Below, piece after piece: positions 13,971 to 23,893 of a DNA stretch of 64,000 nt (positions within the stretch are counted from its first letter, which is position 1; each line of letters starts with the position of its first letter). The translations under genes were made by a program, and so were the position numbers. This DNA comes from Bilabrum cf. latius (taxonomy: Eukaryota), in assembly GCA_965178125.1 (NCBI GenBank), contig OZ237743.1:868001-932000 (forward strand), given 5' to 3'. The notes under the pieces are model-generated. The model saw only the letters and a program-made list of their open reading frames with translations, was not told where the DNA came from and made no database searches.

Positions 13971-14727
13971 TCTAGCTGCCCAGCTGCTGCTGCATGCACG
14001 CTGCATGCCGGTTGGTGGTTGCGCAAGGCCGGCAGAGGCGATGAAAGGTAGGGCGAGTCTACACTCCACCAATCACAAAGAGCTGGTAGTCGTGTGGGGG
14101 TTGTTTCAGAAGCTGGTGGCTCCCCACCAGTAGCAAGCTGCGACTATACTACTAGAAATGACGCACACCAGTACTACCAGTGGGTACAGGTGCACACAAG
14201 CGGCCCAGTCGCACATGAAGCAAGTCACACATACCAGTTGCAGGGCTGCTGGTGCGACCCCCCCCCCAGTCCCCACGCCAACGAGGTGCGAGGGGCGAGG
14301 GTCAGGTCGTTGCCACTGCCAGTGTAACCGGGCGGCTGGCAATGTCAGACAGCGAGGGATGGAACAGCATCATTCCCACGGGCGGGGCCTAGCGCCAGCC
14401 CCCAGCTGGTTTCACCGCGCATAGATTCACCACGATACGATTAGCGACTGGCTAGTCAGGTGCCCCGCCTGCAGGCATGGCATTGCTTTGCATGTCTGAG
14501 TGAGCGAACACTTAGACTGCGGCACGATGGCTGCGCATATCTCGTGCCGTCAGTTTGGAAATACTGTGCGCGGTCCGCTAGTACAGCGTCCGCGTCCTGG
14601 TCTGGTCCAGTCAGTAGGGTGATGGCGCCGCGCAATCTGACCAAGGTTGTACAGCGGAACCGGAACCTCGCACCACGACGCGTGAGTCGAGACGCACTCT
14701 TTTCGTTCTCCGTGCCACACCGCGACA

Positions 14728-15336
14728 ATGCGAAGCTTGCGCCGAGCTGCGCAAATATTGCGCCCAGCCCTTGCATTGGGCGTTTCTCGCCTCCCTACGT
14801 CACCCCTGAGGAGTTCGAGAGTGGTTAATCGTGAGCTGCAGTTGCAGGTGCCTTCGGGAGCTGAGCCCCGGCGGCTCTTCTCTGCACGCAGTAAAAAAGA
14901 GCCAGATTCGACTGAGTATATCAAAGAGGGCAAACGTTTCTAGCAGGAAGGGAGTGCTGGGTCGAAAGAGCTCAAACAGCCTGGCGTGGTCCTGCCTTGG
15001 AGCCAAGTGTTGGGCTTGATGGGCACTATATGCATTTTAGCATTCAGCGGGATGCAATACCTCGGCAACAAGATGTCAAAGAGTACAGAGAAAATCGCGG
15101 AGTTGAATGTGCGGATCGCTGTCGTCGAAACGAAAGTTGATGGTGTGGCAAAAGGCGTAGCCGAATTGAAGGAAGAAATGAAGGCATAGCGCACCGAATT
15201 GAAGGAAGACATCAAGGCCGTGTAGGCCTCCATTCAAGCGATGGACACCACTGGCAAGTTCATTGGGATAGTTCTTGTGGGAGTTGGCTGCGCGGTCGTA
15301 TTTGCCGTCATGAATGGAAAGTCTGGCCGACGGTGA
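14728..15336 (+). CDS. Small putatively mitochondrial coiled-coil membrane protein (CCDC90/DUF1640-like architecture)
   Basis: ORFs 14728 and 14986 are in one frame; 3 TAG; ends TGA. Arg/Ser/Leu-rich presequence, hydrophobic segment, heptad repeat IAELNVRIAVVETKVDGVAKGVAELKEEMKA, C-terminal TM. Confidence 0.6.
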
Positions 15337-15607
15337 GATGTCAGTCCAACCGCAGCTTGATCGTGTTGAAGTGTTGATTGTTGAATGTACAGAACGATAA
15401 TGTCCAACTTGAAGATATCAGAGATCCAATCTAGAAATGTCTGACCTTCATGCCCAGTGGGTCAGGGCAGGAAGGTGCGAGCCACGAACAAGTACTGCGT
15501 ACTGCACTACTGCTGCTAGTACTACGAGTACTGTTGTTAGATCCAGTTTGGGTTGAACTGCTGCGACTGTATAATCGCTCCGAGTATGCATGCCTTCCCA
15601 TGTCCGC

Positions 15608-17121
15608 TTGATGACGCGATCAGGAACCCGAGGATGCACCTGGAGCACGTGAGCGAGCGCAAGCTGGGCAAGTACATCGTGCGGTGGCCCGAGGTTGTTG
15701 CCCTGGCAGCCGACACGCTGATGCCGCACCACCTGTCCCGCTTCGTCTCCGAGCTCACCGGGGCCACTTCATATTTCAGCAGCGTGAGGGACTGGAGGGC
15801 CAAGGGGAGCGCGGCAACGGTCGTCGGCTTCCAACGCGATCTTGTCACAGCTGCCGGCCATTTCTCCTGTCCGACCTTGGAGGTCGGGAAGGCAAGAAGT
15901 GGAGCTGGTGAGGGACACCCTCGGGTGTTCCTCAGACGGCGCGCGGCGATGCTGCGCATTGGCCCGGACTAGACGACAAGCACCACAGTGTGGAACTCGG
16001 GGCTGGGGATGAAACCCGAAGGAGATGGCAATCGTGTTCCTCCAGAGCTCTCGATGGACGATGGTGCAGTTGCACAGAGGAACCAGCTAGTGGGAGCGGT
16101 GAGATGGCCTGTGATGAGGAGTGTGGTGGTGACACCGGCACAGGCGACGATAGTGCGGTGTCGATGCGAAAACCTACCGCGAGAAGTGAGGGCCCCAAGT
16201 GGATGGGCCCCTGATGGATGGAAACCAGCTGGGTGTGGCCCAGGTGCCATCCACGAAATGCAACAGCTGGATGAGGGCAGTGGCTTGCTGCACAGCTGTC
16301 TGTCCGCCGCGCCGGCCAATCGGACCGGAGGGCGAGCGAAGCTGGAGTCCTCCAAGGCTCCAGCCATTGCTATGTGTTTTTGTTTTGTCTTTGTTACTTC
16401 GATCGAAGGTGCGGACTTGTCAAACGAGTGCGTCTCTACTACATTCACATGCAACTCATCCGGGATGCTGCAGCACCGCCGCCACTGCGGCACTGCAGCT
16501 TCACATGGCGACCGCCCCTGCCTCTTGTGCGTGCCTGTACGCCCGTGCCCACAGCAGCAGCACCCCCACGCTCGCGGGTGCCAGCCTCGATGCAGGCAGC
16601 AGGGTCCCTTCCTTGTCCTCTGCCCCCGAGCCCTCTGCTGCTGCCACGCCCGAGCCAGCCACGATCCGCTCCACAGCCACGGGGAACTTCCGCAGAGGGA
16701 TTCCCTTGATGCTGACGGTGGCACCCGAGGCTGATCCTCCTGCTGCTGCAGTCTCCGCCCCAGCAGCAGGGCCAGAGGACTAGTCGGCCATGTCACCTTT
16801 GCCCGCACCGCGCTCCAGAGCAGCGGCCTCCACCCGCTTCAGCTCCTCCGAGAGTGCTCCCAGCACGTCCTCCTTCTTGGCGATCACCAGCTTCGTGCTC
16901 TCGTATGCCTCGGCGTTGCCGCTCGTGTACCGCTTGGCAACCTCTGCGGCCGTGAGGCTGCAGTCGACTGCGGGGAAAGAAGACAATCTTGATAGGAACA
17001 ATTGAATCGATACCTTGCGTCACTTGTGCCAACGTGCATTCTTTGGCATGTGGACGAGAGCTGCAGGTGGCCAGTCTGGCCACCCCATGAGCACACCAGC
17101 CTGACCTGACCAAAGGCGCAA
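15608..17121. repeat. ~1.5 kb direct segmental duplication, copy 2
   Basis: Matches ~12300-13817. Confidence 0.9.
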
Positions 17122-18005
17122 GCAGCGCCCGGTTGCGTGCTTGCCGCGCTTTGACTGCGAGAAATCATGGATTCCCGCGTAAATGCACCTAACTCACTGA
17201 CGAACGTGGCTCCGGCCCTGTTCCCCGCGGTGTAGTTCCTGGTGAATCCGAGCAGCCTCACCGTCCCAAGCGACTCCCGGGGCACCCCTATCTCGTCCAC
17301 GCACTCCTCCGCCATCGCCTCGAAGAGCTCGTGGCGAATCGCGGCATTCGTGTCCGATTCGCTCGGCTCATCCGCGGGCTTGCTGGACCCCGAGCCTGAA
17401 CCGGCGGTGCCAGCGGTGCCACCGCCGGTTGCGATCGCGTCGTCGAAGCCCTCGACCAGATGGGCGATGCCAGGGATGCGCGACGGTTCCGGGTGTCCTC
17501 CCGGGGTATCAATGAGGCCAGCAGCTTCTCCTGTGTGCGCAGACCGCTCCATAAATATCAGCCTGCCATCTTTTGTGGACAGGACGCTCCCGATCCCAAG
17601 TGGGCAGCCCATGAATGCCATCACGTCGCCGTGCTCGGCCCGCCCGCGCTCCAGCAGTTCAGCAGCGTCATCCGCAAGGTGCAGTCCGATAAACTCTTTG
17701 TAGCATGACAAGCCAAATTGGACCTTGGCAGGAGCAGATGAAATCTGAGTGATCTCAGAAGCTCCTGCGAATCGAAACTTGCTGCCGTTGAATAACTTGG
17801 GGTTCGACTTGAGCTTCTATGCCCACACCTTGTCTATATGTTTTTCTCTCTTATCAGGCAAAGACTATCTTGCATACTTCGAGTGGTCAAAGTCCACATC
17901 CACGTGCTACTCTTCCAGTCCGCCGAGATACGAGAAATCAGCGATCACTTCCATTACATCCTTCATGGGGTCCACAGCAGGGGCGGGACTGCTTGTTGAT
18001 GCCAT
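16501..18005 (-). CDS. NUDT22: Nudix hydrolase NUDT22-like; 2 exons (intron 16968-17197)
   Basis: PKLFNGSKFR, GLSCYKEFIG, PLGIGSVL, GLIDTPGGHPEP, HELFEAMAEECVDEIG and DCSLTAAEV..EAYEST follow the NUDT22 motif order. GTGAGT donor and CCCCGCAG acceptor are phase-compatible. TAG at 17907, 17865, 17817 and 16780; ends TGA. Confidence 0.85.
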
Positions 18006-18399
18006 AGTGTACAGTCGATATTATCAAGTGTGGACAAATGTGTAGATATACTGAATGTGCTGACTGACTGGGTATTTGACAGACCTAAACCGAACGTTCG
18101 CGGAGCAGCCGACCCCGCACCAGATCTGCCCCGGATAAGATCTAGCTAGATCTAGTGGGACACATCCACGCCCCTACATCATACTTATTTGCGTTCTGGA
18201 ACCAATTGAGCCAGGTACTGTGATAGACACCCGGTGCCACTCGCATGGAACCAGGAAGGCCCTAGAGCCTTGACCCGAAGCAACGGCCGGTTTTCGAACC
18301 GAATCAAACAGAGTGCGCCGTGGGCTCGATCCGACGATAACAATCGTCGGTCATCGTCACAGCCCCTCAGCATTCTCCGCTTGTGCCTCCTGTGGCTTG

Positions 18400-19252
18400 C
18401 TAGCCTGACCCACTCGCTGCAGTCCGGTGGCTCGACGCCCTAGCTTCTCTCTTTTCTTGTAGCTGCTCCATCATGCTACGGAGCAGGCCCTGGCAGATCT
18501 CCTGGGTGGGACACACGGTGCAGATCCATGGGTGCTTGAACACCGCGGCTGCCTCCAGCCGACGTTTCGGGTCCCGCCTCCACGTGGATGCACCGCCTCC
18601 TCGTGGATGCATGCACTTTGTCACTATATTTATGTCACCAGTGGCAGTGCCCCTGCCTCACCCCTCATCGCTCGGGGACTCCACCGATGCATCCTCTGGT
18701 GGGCGTTCCGTGCTTGGTAGCCGTTGCAACTGAGGCAAGGGCCACAGCATCATTGTTGCACTTCCAGTTTCCGGATCCATTGTGTGTCATGCCCAATCCA
18801 AATCCATGCTTGACGGCATGGTATCTGTCTTCCTCCGGGGCCGCACAGGCGCGAGTGCCGCCCCGGTGTTTGGTCGGCCGCGGCCGCTGATCGGAGCCAT
18901 GCGTAGCCATGCAATGAAAGCCGCTGATTCGAACACCGTACTCCTCGTCGATGCGGATGACTTCCAATTTCAGGTCTTTGTGGGCGATTTGCTTCCGATG
19001 GAAGTCCCTCACAGCAAGAAGAATCTGTCGTGCCAAATGTATGCTCAAGCCTGTCGTTCCCAACTCGCCAAAACCCTTCACGATATCGAATAAGTCCAAT
19101 GGCTGGTGCGTTTCAAAGGGCATTATCGACACTTCCCCCCAGAGCATGCTTCGAAAAGTGAGGAACGGACTTCGAACGAGGTTGACCAGTGCAATAAACC
19201 AGACTGTTTGGAAGTGCTCGTTACTATATTGGACCAGACTTTCGACTTTCAT
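18400..19252 (-). pseudogene. Degenerate pseudokinase copy B; the C-lobe is interrupted by unrelated sequence at ~18566-18832
   Basis: N-part matches copy C up to CAAPE and then diverges. A C-terminal remnant RRLEAAAVFKHPWICTVCPTQEIC lies at 18400-18565. Confidence 0.7.
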
Positions 19253-20195
19253 CTCTCAAGGATCCTCGATTTTGTCTCGAAGGGATCGAGGAGGGCTGCA
19301 GCGAAGGCCAAACGGGCGCTCGCAAGGGCGGTCCGGGAGGACTTTGCCAGCCTGGCTGTAGGAGCAGCCGAAAACAACAACCTCGCCGTGGCGATCGCGT
19401 CAAGGCAGGGTTGGCTCAGAACGGGCAGCAGGACGGTATGCCGGCAGCGGGCGCCGGAGGGAACGTGAATGCTGACGCTCCCAAGGGGGAAATGGGTCCG
19501 CAGGGTGGAGCTTAGGTGGTTTAGGCCATTGCAGCTGAAGCATGAAGTCTGGTAGGTCCCGGGCCCTCGTTCCAGATGTTTCTTCGTGATAGCGTGCGCT
19601 TTTGAGTTGAGTCCACAAAATATCAGATCCCCCCCAGACTTTCATCTGACGACACGGAGTACGCGGTGGCTTGCCTGGCTGCAGACAAATGTAGAAGCTC
19701 AACAGGCTTGAACGGGGGGTGTATGACGCCAAGGGCACTCGTCCCTTCCGTGCAGGGGAGATGAGTTCTCGTCGATGCAGCGGTGTTTGACTGCACCGCT
19801 GCTGCGACGCATTTTGGTGGGGCCATTGAGGTCACTGAGATTGAGGTCGCATATCGGGCGCAGTACTCGCTCAAGGTGCAGTCTCAGATGTGATACAGCG
19901 AAGCGGAGGCGTGAGCGGTCACAAGGCGGTCAGCCCAGTGCTTGCAGGTTGAGGTGCGGGCGTGTGGGTGATGAGTGACCCGGATCGGATAATACGGTGC
20001 TGTACCCTATTATTACATCATAATATAATACTTATATACCTCCACTCATTACACCCCATTTATTTTGTCGCGTATATTGACCACCCGAACCCGAACCGGC
20101 CTGCGTGGCCGTGGATCCAAGCGGCGGTACTCGGGCCCACTATCGTGATCCCTTAGCACCTCCCAGTGACAGCCAGAAGAACCAATTCCCACGCC

Positions 20196-21326
20196 TCATC
20201 CATCATCGTGAGGTATTTTCTGCTGCCACTATTCCATCGTGAGTCCCCAACCCGGGCTGCTCGTTCGCTCCTCCACGACCCCCGCCGCATGCTCCTCTTC
20301 GGCCCCCGCCGCATGCTCCTCTTTGGCCCCCGCCGCATGGTCCTCTTTGGCCCCCGCCGCATGCTCCTCTTTGGCCCCCGCCGCATGGTCCTCTTTGGCC
20401 CCCGCCGCATGCTCCTCTACAGCCTCCCACCGGCGTGCGCCTCCCGTGGCTTGCTAGTCTGACTTACCAGCAGCACCATCCTCCGATACGGGGCCTACAG
20501 GCCGATAGCTCGATACCGTGAACGCCGTATTCTTTTGCAGCTGCTCCACCAGGTATCGCAGCAGGCCCTGGCAGATCTCCTGGGTGGGGCACACCGTGCA
20601 GATCCATGGGTGCTTGACCACGGCGGCTGCTTCCAGCCGGCGCATCGGGTCCACCTGCAGCAGCCCCTCGATCAGCTGCCTGAAATGAACTGCGTGTGGA
20701 TCGATCTTGATCTTGGAGGCCTTGAGATGCCTGGACCAGAACACGTCCATCTCCGCCTTGCTCCCCCGCTTGATGCAGCTGAACCAAGGGTCCTCGTCTG
20801 ATGCTACACGGCACGGCGGTCTGCCAACCACGAGGATGAATAACAGCACCCCGAGGGACCACATGTCCGCCTTGGCTGGATTGTGCTCCTTTTTCTCGAA
20901 TGCCTCCGGGGCCGCACAGGCGCGAGTGCCGCCCCGGTGTTTGGTCGGCCGCGGCCGCTGATCGGAGCCATGAGTTGGCATGCAGTGCGATAAGCCGCTG
21001 ATTCGAACACCGTACTCCTCGTCGATGCGGATGACTTCCAATTTCAGGTCTTTGTGGGCGATTTGCTTCCGATGGAAGTCCCTCACAGCAAGAAGAATCT
21101 GTCGTGCCAAATGTATGCTCAAGCCTGTCGTTCCCAACTCGCCAAAACCCTTCACGATATCGAATAAGTCCAATGGCTGGTGCGTTTCAAAGGGCATTAT
21201 CGACACTTCCCCCCAGAGCATGCTTCGAAAAGTGAGGAACGGACTTCGAACGAGGTTGACCAGTGCAATAAACCAGACTGTTTGGAAGTGCTCGTTACTA
21301 TATTGGACCAGACTTTCGACTTTCAT
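20196..21326 (-). CDS. Pseudokinase copy C with C-terminal EEHAAGA(E/K) repeats
   Basis: Track ORF 20454-21326 ends in TAG; read-through continues in frame through the 24-bp repeats to TGA at 20196. Confidence 0.7.
20265..20420. repeat. 24-bp coding minisatellite, 6 units
   Basis: Units of the type GGCCCCCGCCGCATGCTCCTCTTC, contiguous, with no spacers. Confidence 0.9.
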
Positions 21327-22275
21327 CTCTCAAGGATCCTCGATTTTGTCTCGAAGGGATCGAGGAGGGCTGCAGCGAAGGCCAAACGGGCGCTCGCAAG
21401 GGCGGTCCGGGAGGACTTTGCCAGCCTGCCAGTGGCTGTAGGAGCAGCCGAAAACAACAACCTCGCCGTGGCGATCGCGTCAAGGCAGGGTTGGCTCAGA
21501 ACGGGCAGCAGGACGGGGTGCCGGCAGCGGGCGCCGGAGGGAACGTGAATGCTGACGCTCCCAAGGGGGAAATGGGTCCGCAGGGTGGAGCTTAGGTGGT
21601 TTAGGCCATTGCAGCTGAAGCATGAGGTCTGGTAGGTCCCGGGCCCTCGTTCCAGATGTTTCTTCGTGATAGCGTGCGCTTTTGAGTTGAGTCCACAAAA
21701 TATCAGATCCCCCCCAGACTTTCATCTGACGACACGGAGTATGCGGTGGCTTGCCTGGCTGCAGACAAATGTAGAAGCTCAACAGGCTTGAACGGGGGGT
21801 GTATGACGCCAAGGGCACTCGTCCCTTCCGTGCAGGGGAGATGAGTTCTCGTCAATGCAGCGGTGTTTGACTGCACCGCTGCTGCGACGCATTTTGGTGG
21901 GGCCATTGAGGTCCCTGAAATTGAGGTCGCGTATCGGGCGCAGTACTCGCTCAAGGTGCAGTCTCAGATGTGATACAGCGAAGCGGAGGCGTGAGCGGTC
22001 ACAAGGCGGTCAGCCCAGTGCTTGCAGGTTGAGGTGCGGGCGTGTGGGTGATGAGTGACCCGGATCGGATAATACGGTGCTGTACCCTATTATTACATCA
22101 TAATATAATACTTATATACCTCCACTCATTACACCCCATTTATTTTGTCGCGTATATTGACCACCCGAACCCGAACCGGTCTGCGTGGCCGTGGATCCAA
22201 GCGGCGGTACTCGGGCCCACTATCGTGATCCCTTAGCACCTCCCAGTGACAGCCAGAAGAACCAATTCCCACGCC

Positions 22276-23655
22276 TCATCCATCATCGTGAGGTACTTTC
22301 TGCAGCCACTATTCCATAGTGGGTCCCCAACCCGGGCTGCTCGTTCGCTCCTCCACGACCCCCGCCGCATGCTCCTCCACATCCCAGGCCGCATGCTCCT
22401 CTACGACCCCCGCCGCATGCTCCTCCACGACCCCCGCCGCATGCTCCTCTTCGGCCCCCGCCGCATGCTCCTCTTCGGCCCCCGCCGCATGCTCCTCTTC
22501 GGCCCCCGCCGCATGCTCCTCCACGACCCCCGCCGCATGCTCCTCTTCGGCCCCCGCCGCATGCTCCTCTACAGCCTCCCACCGGCGTGCGCCTCCCGTG
22601 GCTTGCTAGTCTGACTTACTAGCAGCACCATCCTACGATACGGGGCCTACAGGCCGATAGCTCGATACCGTGAACGCCGTATTCTTGTGCAGCTGCTCCA
22701 CCAGGTATCGCAGCAGGCCCTGGCAGATCTCCTGGGTGGGGCACGCCTTGCAGATCCATGGGTGCTTGACCACGGCGGCTGCTTCCAGCCGGCGCATCGG
22801 GTCCACCTGCAGCAGCCCCTCGATCAGCTGCCTGAAATGAACTGCGTGTGGATCGATCTTGATCTTGGAGGCCTTGAGATGCCTGGACCAGAACACGTCC
22901 ATCTCCGCCTTGCTCCCCCGCTTGATGCAGCTGAACCAAGGGTCCTCGTCTGATGCTACACGGCACGGCGGTCTGCCGACCACGAGGATAAATAACAGCA
23001 CCCCGAGGGACCACATGTCCGCCTTGGCTGGATTGTGCTCCTTTTTCTCGAATGCCTCCGGGGCCGCGTAGGCGCGAGTGCCGCCCCGGTGTTTGGTCGG
23101 CCGCGGCCGCTGATCGGAGCCATGAGTTGGCATACAGTGCGATAAGCCACCGATTCTTGCACCGTACTCCTCGTCGATGCGGATGACTTCCAATTTCAGG
23201 TCTTTGTGAGCAATTTGCCTCCGATGGAAGTCCCTCACAGCAAGAAGAATCTGTCGTGCCAAATGTATGCTCAAGCCTGTCGTTCCCAAGCCGCCAAAAC
23301 CCTTCACGATATCGAACAGATTGAAGCGCTAGTGCGGACCAAAAATCATCGTTCTGATTTCCCCGTCGGCTCGTGAGCGCTTCAACGAAACAGGAGGCAA
23401 CGGTACACGCTGGACAACGTGGCGATGACTTCCTACTCCGCTGCAAACAAGGTCCACCTTCTAGAGCGTGACTGCTCCCGCCCTCTGTGCTCTTAAATAT
23501 TCGAAATACTACGGTGATTGTCCCGGACAGCTACGCTGGCACCCTCCAGAGGATAATGCAGCATCGATTGTTGCCACTGTGAGCACTGTGACCCCCCACC
23601 CTATGATTTCCTGATTTGGAAAAGTCCATCGCTACTCCAGGCGTCTTTGGCTCAT
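22276..23655 (-). CDS. Pseudokinase copy D (N-terminus shared with copy A, C-terminus shared with copy C)
   Basis: ATG 23655 (MSQRRLE...) in frame through several TAG to TGA at 22276; same kinase motifs. Confidence 0.72.
22345..22572. repeat. 24-bp coding minisatellite, 9 units
   Basis: Same unit as 20265-20420, three units longer. Confidence 0.9.
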
Positions 23656-23893
23656 GGATTCGCTTGTCTTTTTGCCAAAGTGCTGGCTCGTATTGATGGC
23701 AGGAGGCTAGTGCTACCCAGTAGCCTACTAGTAGGCCTAGGGTGAAGGTTCGTCAAATCCGGATTGGAGCCGCCGAACCGGAACCCTCGCGAACCGCCAA
23801 CGGACATCGCGGCTCGCACGCGAGGCAGCAGAAGTCCCGAATCCTCCGTTCCGTAGCGGACCAATCTGATCACATATTTAGTCAACAACCGTT

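Larger units (their letters stand above)
18833..23310. repeat. Tandem duplication array with a ~2.08-2.15 kb unit carrying pseudokinase copies B, C and D
   Basis: Near-identical blocks at offsets 2074-2152 (e.g. 19000/21074, 20000/22080, 20460/22612). Confidence 0.9.

Noticed and set aside
20265-22572. 24-bp repeats as a CRISPR array
   Set aside because: Units are contiguous with no unique spacers, the context is eukaryotic and no cas genes are present.
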